DNA of 61,868 nucleotides, the filler included, from Dugesia japonica (Eukaryota): the NCBI GenBank assembly GCA_001938525.1. It is 6 parts of 6 records of this genome, joined end to end, with 100 filler letters (N's around TTAATTAATTAA, not from the genome) between each part and the next. Parts side by side here need not be neighbours in the genome. Positions count along the whole stretch, not along the records: positions 1 to 11,256 come from MQRL01497790.1; 5 more parts are not named here. The stretch is one strand, 5' to 3'. A program made the position numbers and the translations under genes. This document shows, one piece after another, positions 1 to 9,850 of this stretch (position 1 is its first letter; each line of letters opens with the position of its first letter). Under the pieces are notes generated by a model. The model ran no database searches. It was not told the origin of the DNA and worked only from the letters and a program-made list of their open reading frames with translations.

Positions 1-244
1 ATCATTGTGACGAAAGTTTCAACTTGGGTTTTCCACACCCTCTCCTGATTCTGGGTGGCGGCCATCTCCGCTTTAAAAGTCAGACATTTCCGCTTATAGC
101 GTTTTACCTTAGCTTCGGCCGTGGTGGTTTCCGCTTTCCATCGCCTCTTCGCTAGTTTATAAAGATNCCAGGTAATCTCCTTGTCATCACTATCTTCTCG
201 TAATTTCTTAGTTGGGACCTGGAACCTATTCAAAGACGAATGCA
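1..244 (-). CDS. Cassette ORF3 copy A (partial), coiled-coil protein
   Basis: After acceptor TTTCAG|TG reads xHSSLNRFQVPTKKLREDSDDKEITWxLYKLAKRRWKAE..., homologous to ORF3 of copies B and C; open to the window edge. Confidence 0.7.
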
Positions 245-480
245 CTGAAATATAAACAGGTTTAATATGCTACACTTTACTCAATGTTACTAATACTAGA
301 AAAGTGGGGTAGTCTTGACTACCACCATTACTAAATGAAATGGATCAACCCAACCTCTTTACAAAATAAAACAAAAATATACTAAAATTGAATTATTATC
401 ACCAGTAAACTGCCTCACAAGAAAAGTTGAAAATAACCACAAACGAAACAATTATTTATTTCTAACAAATAACCAAAAGT

Positions 481-837
481 TTAAGAGGGGTTATTACTAG
501 TGTCGGTATTGGGGACGGTATTTTCAACGTCAGCTACCCCATTCGGCTCCCGGACTCCCCAGAGAAGATTAGTGATGAACGTTTGTATCGCAGGAGCTGG
601 GGGAGTAGTGGTAGGTTGATAGGAAAAGGAGGTTGCTAAAGTGCGATCCGGGCCTGTCCACGCCTGGTATCGCTGGCGTTCTCCGAAATCGTTAATGCGG
701 CCAACGATTGATTCGACCGGCGGTAAATTTGCCCGGTTTACTAAGATTCCGGTATCCTGATGATGCGGGTTATGATATCGTCGTAGAGTTAGCCGACGCG
801 TTCGCCTATCGACGAAACGTATCCATATAGAGTCCAT
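481..837 (-). CDS. Cassette ORF2 copy A, 118 aa unknown protein
   Basis: Intact ORF, clearly homologous to 18546-18893 (DRRTRR, NLPPVE, WTGPDRTL, NLLWG.REP); acceptor TTTAG 3 nt before ATG. Confidence 0.75.
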   Translation of the reverse strand: MDSIWIRFVDRRTRRLTLRRYHNPHHQDTGILVNRANLPPVESIVGRINDFGERQRYQAWTGPDRTLATSFSYQPTTTPPAPAIQTFITNLLWGVREPNGVADVENTVPNTDTSNNPS

Positions 838-986
838 TCGCTAAATAAGGGGAATATAGTTTAATTTATGATTGATAACTTTCTTTGAGTTAGTTAAATA
901 TTAATGGAAAGGAACAACAGATATAAACAGCTCAGTCAAAGATCTATTCAGAACAATTAACAATAATGGACAGATTTTATCCCTGC

Positions 987-1181
987 TTAGTAAAATGCAT
1001 TTTCTGCGTCTAGATCTACCAGACCCACTAATGGGAACATTTCCGTGAAACAGCACAAATCCGTTTCATCTGGATGTTCAATGCGTCCTTTTTTGAGGAT
1101 ATGGGCGAGTAATTGTCTTAAACGAGTGGTTTGCCGCCGTCTTTTTATCCATTGGAGAGTACGCCTCAACTCTGCTGGCAT
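987..1181 (-). CDS. Cassette ORF1 copy A, 64 aa basic-helix protein
   Basis: Motif QLLAH...G.(I/V)EHPDETDL.C..E conserved in all four copies. Confidence 0.75.
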   Translation of the reverse strand: MPAELRRTLQWIKRRRQTTRLRQLLAHILKKGRIEHPDETDLCCFTEMFPLVGLVDLDAENAFY

Positions 1182-2586
1182 GACGGAATGAAAGAAAAAT
1201 CGAATTTTAATCGTAATTTAAGGATTAGATCCTCGAGGAGAATTTGTTATATTGCAAATAGATTGCACCGCCTCTAATTCACGTTATTCATTTTGTGGAT
1301 ATTTCAAAGTGAGGTCCTACTGTTACTGTTAAGCTTATCCCGGTCTTACAGCGTTCGGGCAGAAAATTATTAAGTTTAGATTCAACGTTTAATGACGGGC
1401 GCTAAAATTGTTGAGATGGTTGGTCGAGATGGTCATAATTCGTTATATCATTATTATCAATAAAATTTATAAAAAACACCAATTTTATTAATTATAATAT
1501 TAATTAATCCTTGCTAAATTTATGGTTATTAAAACCCGCGCGTGCTATTGTTGCCCAGGAATGTCTTTTCTCTAGGTGATTGAGTCAGTGTATCGTGAGT
1601 AGGTATGCGACACACCCTCTTTTTATGTGGTTATCGTAAGAAATCACCAATTGAGTTTATGTGCTGACTCAAGCGATTGTAATATGTTGTAAAATGTTTT
1701 CTCTGCTTTCATAATGATCGGGTAGCAGCAACGTGGATATTTCTAAAGGCCATCTCATACATTTGTGGAATTTATTTATTAAATAATTATCTGCTATCTG
1801 CGAACCTAAAATTTGTTGTTAGGGGAGCAAAAGATTTTTCTGCGGAATGTTTCCATGGAATTTTCATTCAAAGCTAGCATCGGAATCAGACAGAGTTAAA
1901 GTCAACAACGGCAATTATATTTAGCAACTATTCGATTGCACACATCGTTAGTAGGAATATTGGTAGTTGATTGAGGTGTTTACTGATTCTATTTACACAT
2001 TGTAAATAACACGGATTTACCCTTTATTTCAATGTCAATTCTGGTGATTTCATCGTAATAAATTTTGTTATTCATTTTATTAATTTTTAAAAAAAAATAA
2101 ATCAAGTATAACCGACATTTCTATTCAAATTTTATACATTATATATTTATTAGTTATAAAGAGTAAAAAAGAAAATCTACTAGGTTTAGCATAATAATTT
2201 ATTAACATAACTATTATTCATATACGATGTTAATTAAAATAACATATTACTTGGTGTTGTAGGATTAAAGACTTTCTTCAACGGGTTTTTGGTGGACAAG
2301 ATAGATTAAGTTGACTAGTTCTGATTATTGGTCCGGTATTTCGTTCTTTTCGTCTTCTTGAAACAAGTAATATTAACCGCAACACAAATGAAATGTTAAT
2401 TTACTCTCGATTTCCAATATAGACAAAGTAGTTGCTGCGCGATAACCACGTAATACAACGAATTTCTTGGTACTTCCTTGACTTGTATAAGTTATAATCA
2501 CAAAATTTCAGAGTTACTTTTTGAGTATATAAGTAGGCACAACTTGTGATGATTAGACTGAATAATTCTGCTAAAATCAGGGGTCC

Positions 2587-2790
2587 TTTTATAGGATTTC
2601 TGAGACATCCTGACTTGTTATTGATTTGTTGATTATTTTTGGATCAACGTTTTTCTGTTGTCATTGGTTCTCATGCCATTTTTCTACGATTTTCTATGAA
2701 TTTTGGTGCCATGATTGGCAGCTATTTTTATCCGGACACATGGCATTTGTGTCTTTGTTATATTTTTATTTTTAAATATCTGATTGGTCT
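2587..2790 (-). promoter_or_regulatory. Putative promoter of cassette copy A (TATAAAA plus upstream CCAAT boxes)
   Basis: TATAAAA on minus strand at 2587-2593 in context AAATCAGGGG..TTTATA shared with copy B (7054-7059); several ATTGG boxes upstream, also in copies B and D. Confidence 0.5.
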
Positions 2791-3834
2791 AATCTTGAGG
2801 ACCCTGCAGCAACCCTTTGGAAGGTGGTATGTTTTTCGTTTTTGTAATTTCAGTTGCCCCTTGATGTTCTCTCTTCATTTTTTCTTGTCCAGATTCTTTC
2901 CGACTTCCCTGATCGAAGTTATCTGGATAAAACAGATTTTTAACTAATTTTGCTTCTTTTTTTATTTTAAAATTAATTAATTTTCTTTTGTTAATTAATT
3001 ATTTTCCATAACGTTTTTCTATGTTGTTTATTATTAAATTAATAATTGTTCTTAATTTCCAAAAGTAAGTTGCTTTTATTTTACTCGGTTCATCATATTC
3101 ACCTTTGGTTTTATTTCGTTTCCTTCTCCTGCTGCTTTCATTGCTTCATTTTCCATTATTATTGACTATAATGGTCCTGCCATTCTTGTTTGCTGATTTA
3201 TTTTTCAACCTTAATCTTGTTTAGCGGGTGTTTCACCCCAACAAATATACTGAATAGACTACTTCAAATTAAAGAAGTAATCCTGCTTATTTTCTTTTAA
3301 AATATTTATTGTGCACTGTTAGCAGCTGCTATGTTTTCTCCAGTTTGCATCTAAATATTTATCAATAAATTATATGTTATGAGTAAATCCAGTGAAAATT
3401 AATTCTACCACAAAATAGTAATATTAAAACATTTAATTGTCTTACTTATTTTCTTTTTTTATTTGAAATTTCTTCCATTATTAATACATTTAACTTTTAT
3501 GAAACTCTTTAAGAAATTTATAAAACTTTTCATAAAATTTTTATGTTGGATAATTAAACATCCTAACATGTTTTGGGATTCTACTTAAGTTATGAGCAGA
3601 AAAATTTTAAAAAATAGAAAAAAAACAGCCCTCAGGGGTACCCCTTGAAGAATTTACGCAAGTTCCCTTATTAGGTTCTCGGTGCGAAGCGGTTGACTTC
3701 CATCACATATTTGGAGTTCACACTTGCACACCTTTAGTTCGGGTTCAACATTTCCCATTTTAATAAAGGCTCTTGAAATATTAACCATAAATTAGCAAGA
3801 AAATTTCTTTTACACAAATATGCTTATGTTACAT

Positions 3835-4123
3835 TTAATTTAAAGCTTCAGGGTCAAGCCACTGGGTCGGCTCGTCATTTAAAAAGTCGATTGCGGCCTC
3901 ATCATCATTGTGGTTTCATCTTATCCACGTTTCCGTGATCTGTTTAACTTGCTTAGCTATTTCATCCTGTTTTTTATTGATCAGCTCTAACTTCTTGATT
4001 AACACTGTGTTAGATGTTGACACAGAGAGCGTTTGCAACGTTTAGAGTAATGTCTCTCGACTAGTAGTTTTTGTATTAGCTCATGGCAACATTCGAGGGA
4101 GTTTGGCAATCTGATTCGTGGCA
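3835..4123 (-). pseudogene. Cassette ORF4 copy B (premature stop)
   Basis: TTTTAG|TG CCA CGA ATC...; C-terminus AAIDFLNDEPTQWLDPEALN matches copies C and D. Confidence 0.65.
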
Positions 4124-4226
4124 CTAAAAATAAACATGATAAAAACGAGAACCCGTTACGCAAACAATATGTAGTTAATAACAAGAGTTTGATAATACAA
4201 TTTATTAAAGCAACCAAAAGGAGCAG

Positions 4227-4582
4227 TTAATTTTTTGTCTGAGTCGACTTATCAATCATCAGTAGCTCCAGAGAAATACGCTTACGCAGTTCTAATAATT
4301 AAGTCACCAGTTTATTCTCACAGTCATGGAGGGACCGGATAACGTTAGCAAAAGACTCAAGTTGGCGCTTCCAGATGCTCTCTTACGAATGGAATGCTTC
4401 TGCTTCTACTCTATGTTCTCGGCAACGAGCCTCGTAACGCCCTACTTTGGTCTGGGCGAAAACTACTTCGGCTTCCCATCGGCGTTTTGACAGTTTATAG
4501 ACATCCCAAAACATAGCGATGTTTTCGCTATCCTCTCGCACCTTTTTGGTGAGAGCAACGTAACTGTCTCGTGAATTGTTCA
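4227..4582 (-). pseudogene. Cassette ORF3 copy B (two in-frame stops)
   Basis: WDVYKLSKRRWEAEV...IRSLHDCENKLV...LMIDKSTQTKN, collinear with copy C. Confidence 0.7.
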
Positions 4583-4758
4583 CTAAAAGAAGCTACTAAT
4601 TAATGTTTGCTAGAATTCGCAACGCTAACAGTTTAATATTATTATTCCAAAACCCAACTTAAATGTTTAACGAAATACCAAACACCAAAACGTTGAAGTC
4701 AGATGATAAAAAAATTAACGTAAATACTATTTATTGTCAAGCAAATATTGATGCACGA

Positions 4759-5138
4759 TCAATTCTCGTAACCTCTAATGCTCCACATATAGTCGTTAAT
4801 AGTTTCTCTTATTTCCGAAGGAGTAGGAGAATGAGCGGAAGGATTATGGATTGAAGACGGCTCAACCTGCCAATCTCGTTTAGTATGCTGAAAACCATTC
4901 TCGCCCGTTGTAGTTGTCGTGGTAGCGAAATACGTCACGCGATTACAGTTAGGACCTGTACAATCATAAAAATCCTGCCGCTCAGTTGCGTCCCAATGTA
5001 CTTTGTTATTAGCGTCTTCAACAGATAAATTTCGATCGTTCTGCAAACACACTGGCATTTCTATTAAAAGATTAGTGTACCGTTTAAAAACCATCTGGTT
5101 AGTACGGCGATCCAAGATTAACTCCCATTTAAATTTCA
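4759..5138 (-). CDS. Cassette ORF2 copy B (divergent)
   Basis: Same position as other ORF2; shares W..I.DRRT, TGP..R and 'INDYMWSIR' similar to 'INNLLWGIR'; begins at acceptor TTCAG|TG. Confidence 0.6.
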
Positions 5139-5260
5139 CTGAATACAAGAGAAAAATTATTTTAGATAGAGGAAGTCAGTTAGAATTTCAAACAAAAATA
5201 TTAATTCAATAATTTTTTAATACAGATAATAATTTATTTATAAGCAATAACAAAGCATAG

Positions 5261-5446
5261 TTATAAGTATTGATCTAAATGGACTATAAGTTTTGACGGG
5301 AATATTTCTAAAAAACACTGCAGGTCCGTCTCATCCGGATGTTCAACTTTCCCTAACGACAATATATGGGCCAATAATTGCTTTCGACGTGCCTTCTGTC
5401 TTTCTTTGCGGATCTGTCGGACAGTTTCGTACAAAATTCTGGACAT
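5261..5446 (-). CDS. Cassette ORF1 copy B
   Basis: QLLAHILSLGKVEHPDETDLQCFLEIFP; acceptor TTTAG 4 nt before ATG. Confidence 0.7.
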   Translation of the reverse strand: MSRILYETVRQIRKERQKARRKQLLAHILSLGKVEHPDETDLQCFLEIFPSKLIVHLDQYL

Positions 5447-7860
5447 TTTCCTAAAGTAAGTTTATGAAAAATAAACATAATTGAAATATCATTTGATTTA
5501 TTTTCGGCCTATTTAAAACAAGAGTAAACGAAAATCGATATACCTCAGAATATTAATGAAACTCAAAAACACGAATACCCATCATTATGCAATAATAATA
5601 TTCCTAATGATAACCTTAATAAATTAATATTAATAATGATTAGGCCAGTAATAATATTTTTATCATTAATATTAACAATAATAGTCCTGATAATTGCATA
5701 AATAATAATCGTAAATAAATTATAATAATAATAATAGCAGAACTCGGAAAATTGTTAAAATTTAAAACTGATTAAAACAGAAAGTACTGTTTATTTGACT
5801 ATTAGTGATTGGCGCTATAATTGTAATACTGTCGAAGCGAATATTAGTCAAAACATCGAGACCAAAAGGTCGGTGTAGTGACATCATCGTTATTCAGCCA
5901 AGCGGTGACAAATTTGAGTCCCAGAACTGGATCAACCCAGGAGGTTAAACTATCTAGCAAAACTGATTATCAATGAAGAAAATACTGAATTTGTAAAAGT
6001 TTATAATTGTGCAAGTAAGGTGTTAGTCACCATAGAACTAAAAACCCAAAAAAAGTATTAATTTTAATAATCAATAATTAATTAGCAGTCAGTGTTCGTC
6101 TTAAAATCAACACTAAGGAAATGGTGGTGGAGTATAAAGATTTTACACACTCACTAAATTTTCTACAAATCAGAGTTATTACTATCAGCTACATCGGGAC
6201 ATTAATAACTCGATTAGTTGTAAGACAAACTGTTAATCTGATAATGGATGAGTAATAGGTGTGCGGTCTGCAGTGCAACATGTATACATAAAAAATCGTC
6301 TCCTACAGTTAGTTTGTAGGTTCTTATCAGTCATCGAAAATAGTGTGTAAATTGCTCATTTCCATCATGCCTCATGGTCTGGAATGCATAGCTCGTTTTC
6401 AATGCCATTTCCTAATGCCGATTGAAAATTAATTTTTTCTCATGGATTACAATATATTCAAAGGGAAAGGGTTACGAAGTTGACAAGAATTGAACGAAAA
6501 TTATTAGATCGGAGATAGTCACATTTCACTCTTACGGTAAATTTTTGTTAATTATCAAATAAAGTGTTATACTGCCATTTAGTGAAAGAGAGTACTATGA
6601 TAGTGAAGGAAGCAAATTCTAAACGTCTATCAACAAGGACTTATTAACATTCCACACGTATTCTCAATCGAAAACCTGGACAACTGGAAATTAATGAAGT
6701 AGTGGAATTTCTTAATGATTATGCTAATTTAATTGGATCTGGTTTACCAAACATGTGAATTGTTTCTATGAAATAAAATTTGTGTTCTTATACTACTCAT
6801 TATCATTTTTTACTGGCATGCAACAGATAATCATAGATAAGGTTTGAAAAAGTTTTTATTAAATATTAACACATTATATGGTTAAAATAACAACAAATAA
6901 CATTACTTTTCAAAATTAGGACGGTAAAAGTTGATCCAATTAATTCGTTTATCCAGAATTGCGCACTTCCAAAGAGATTTTCCACGTAATAACCGAGTTG
7001 TAGTATTAACAAATGTAGATTTTTTGGGGGTAAATCAACTGAAATCAGGGGGGTTTATACTTCCTCGTCGACACACCGAATTTTCTACCATTGACCGGTT
7101 ATTTTTATTTTTGGTTAACCGTTTCTGATTGGCAATAACTCCAAAATTTTCAGACTTTCTACGATTTTCTATCATTTTGTTGGTGCCTATTTTTAGAGCA
7201 CTTGCTGATTTTCAGGGCTTTGTTTTCCGTTTATCTTATGGCTTCTCATATGCCTGATCTTTAGACCCTTCTGATGATGGCAATGTTTTCTGTCACCAAA
7301 TTCAATTCCTCCACGTTATTATACCTCTAAACTTTCTTTCCTGGACTTCCTCATATTTTCCTGAGAGAAGATAATTTCCTTTAACTGATTTTCACACAAT
7401 TAAATTCCTTTTTTCAACAAAATTAATTAATTTCTTCCATTATTTTAATTATAATTTTAATAATAATTTTCTTGTGTTTTGATTATAAATTATAATTCTT
7501 GTAATTGGATTTGATTAATATTAATATTTTATTATTTCTGTTACTTCTTTATTCGTTCTGTATTTTCTTCTGGTCATCTGTTGATTATTTATTACAATTT
7601 ATTATCAAGATGACAATTATTATTGATTAATCTCCACGTTTCTTATTGCTTCTTTTTACTACTCAATGTTTGGGTCCCTAGTCATATTTCCTTCTTTGAT
7701 CAGGTGTTTCACCCCAACACATGCACTATTTTTATTAACTTCAAACTTTTACATCTGTTAAAGATACTTCTTTCCTTTTCCCACGAGAAATGCCGATTTT
7801 ATTGTAGCCTCACAGTAAATATGCAATAAAATTTAGCAACTTTTTTTCAACCACATTTGT

Positions 7861-8045
7861 TGGGGTTCCACCTGAGTCGGGTGGTAATAAAAATGAGGCT
7901 GGGGAAAAAACAGCCCTCAAGGGAACCCGTTCAAGAATTAAACCTACCGCCCCTAGGGTAGGTATTCAGTTTATGGTGGTTGACCTCTCCCTTAATGGGA
8001 GGTGCACACCCATAAACCTTTGTATTCGGGTTCAATAGTTTTCCC
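7861..8045. ncRNA. Conserved multi-stem structured terminal element (also ~3574-3756 and ~17375-17557)
   Basis: Stems GGGTTCC/GGAACCC, GGCTG/CAGCC, ACCTACC/GGTAGGT, GTTTATGG/CCATAAAC; stem sequences differ between copies but pairing is retained. Confidence 0.55.
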
Positions 8046-8102
8046 TTAACTTAAACAAAATTTTAAATCAAATAATTCTGGGAACATTTATTAATACAAC
8101 AT

Positions 8103-8500
8103 TTATAGCTCATTTAATACGCTAGGGTCTAGCCATTAATCTGGGTCGTCTATTGTAAAATTGAAGGCGGCGACATCGTCGTCATTGTTCCAATGAATCC
8201 AGGCTGGATTCCGAATCTGTCTGGAGAGGTCAGCTATGTACTGCTTTAAAAAGTCTATTTTTCGTAACAGTAACTGCCTGGTATCGGCCTCTAGGGCTTT
8301 GGTTTGGATTGCAAAGTCGTTTTGCTTACGGACTACCAAATCCAATTTTTTTATGAGTTGATTCCTTTGGTCAAGGTGCTTAAGGAAAGCTTGGTCTGCT
8401 TTGCGTTTTAAGTGTCGCTCTAATAACAGGTGGCGTAAGATGCGGTGGCGTAAGACGCGGTGGCACCTCCTCAAACTAGTAGGAAACGCGATTCGAGACA
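8103..8500 (-). CDS. Cassette ORF4 copy C, basic N-terminus, coiled coil, acidic tail (late premature stop at 8136)
   Basis: ORF track 8136-8501; reading through the TAA gives WLDPSVLNEL as in copy D (QWLDPGVPDEL); starts at TTTAG|TG. Confidence 0.7.
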
Positions 8501-8619
8501 CTAAAGAAAAAGTATAATTAAATTAATGAGTACCTAAGCTACGACGCGGGAAAACAAATAACAGAGAAATTTCATACAATTAAATATTTTATCGTTTCAA
8601 TCAATAATGCAACATCAAG

Positions 8620-8979
8620 CTATGAGAGGCTCGTCTGAGTACTTTTGTCGATCATTAGCGGTTCGAGGGGGATTTTCTCCCGGAGAATCAAAATGTCGTT
8701 AACCAGTTTATTTTCTCGGTCATGGCTGGACCGGATAATCTCTGAAAAAGATTCCACTTGTTTTTTCCAAGTGCGCTCCTGTAAATGGGAGGCCTCCGCT
8801 TCCTTTCTAAAAAGAACACATTTTTTCTTATAACGGAGGACTTTACTATTCGCAGTGGCCACTTCTGCCTCCCAACGTCGTTTGGCGAGTCGGTAGAGGT
8901 CCCACATCATTTCGCGGGCCTCGCTAGTGTCTCGGATTTTCTTGGTTGGAGCTGGGGGGGCGATTTAACGATGAATGCA
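8620..8979 (-). CDS. Cassette ORF3 copy C, coiled coil with C-terminal DKSTQT
   Basis: ORF track 8620-8910; 5' part from acceptor TTTAG|TG at 8979 has a +1 shift in a C7 run. Confidence 0.7.
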
Positions 8980-9182
8980 CTAAACGAAAATATCATAAGA
9001 ATTATTTCTCTTCATCGACTTGCTGATTAATCCTCTTATATTTGTTCAACTCTACTCAAAGCATGAAAACACAGAATAACAATATTAAAGGTAATCTTCC
9101 CAAGGGGCTAAAGAGTATATTAACACTACTTAAGACACTTATTTATTCAAAGAAACACAAATTTTATGATTATGAATAACAT

Positions 9183-9528
9183 CAAGAGTCGGGAGTGGTA
9201 GTATCAGGGGAACTGTATTTTCCACATCCGCCACCCCGGACGGTTCCCTAACACCCCAGAGCATATTAGCTATAAAGGCTTGAACTACTGGTGGAGGAGC
9301 TGGAGGTTGGTACCGGAATGGAGTGGCGTGGCTACACTCAGGACCATTTCACTGGCGATAGTTTAGTCGCTCTCCAAAGCCCTGAATACGAGCAACAGCT
9401 GCTTCGACGGGAGGTAGATTTGATCGGTCTACCAGGATCCCGGCATCTCGAGTGTAGGGATTGTGGTGCCGTCGGAAAATTATTCGACGGGTTCGCCTAT
9501 CCATGACTCGCTCCCATATTGATTCCAT
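9183..9528 (-). pseudogene. Cassette ORF2 copy C (internal frameshift)
   Basis: MESIWERVMDRRTRR..., downstream LWGVREPSGVADVEN is in another frame. Confidence 0.65.
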
Positions 9529-9667
9529 TTCTAAGAATGACGAAATATTAGTAAACTCAATTAACACATTATACAATTACAATAAACACTTAAATGTATG
9601 ATTAACACGCTACGCGGAATTTTATTCAAAAGATCATTTTAACAGATAACTATCACCGAAGTAAATG

Positions 9668-9850
9668 TCATCCCTCATCCCGATCTACGTTCCTTTCCAA
9701 GGGGAATATCTCGGTGAGACAGCACAGGTCTGTCTCGTCTGGGTGTTCAATTGTTCCCTTTGTGAGAAAGTGGGCTAGTAACTGTTTGAACCGGCTAGTC
9801 TGGCGTTGCTTTTTTATCCAACCCAATGCCTGATCTAATTCTGTTGGCAT
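9668..9850 (-). CDS. Cassette ORF1 copy C
   Basis: QLLAHFLTKGTIEHPDETDLCCLTEIFP. Confidence 0.7.
   Translation of the reverse strand: MPTELDQALGWIKKQRQTSRFKQLLAHFLTKGTIEHPDETDLCCLTEIFPLERNVDRDEG

Larger units (their letters stand above)
1..3243 (-). mobile_element. 4.1-kb cassette element copy A (left part outside window); putative giant solo LTR
   Basis: Ends CGGGTGTTTCACCCCAACA (3225-3243), nearly identical to the end of copy B (7701-7719); carries homologues of ORF1-3 in the same order. Confidence 0.8.
3571..7719 (-). mobile_element. 4.1-kb cassette element copy B, complete, TSD CATG; putative giant solo LTR
   Basis: Left end TTTTGGGATTCTACTTAAG aligns without gaps to TGTTGGGGTTCCACCTGAG of copy C; right end CAGGTGTTTCACCCCAACA; CATG at 3567-3570 and 7720-7723. 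Confidence 0.85.

Noticed and set aside
1042-1065. Rb-binding LxCxE or BIR fragment in ORF1
   Set aside because: Spacing is LxCxxE and the BIR zinc ligands are absent
3571-7719. Cassette element as part of the Polinton
   Set aside because: Polintons have long TIRs with AG..CT ends and typically 6-bp TSDs; this element has TG..CA ends and a 4-bp TSD
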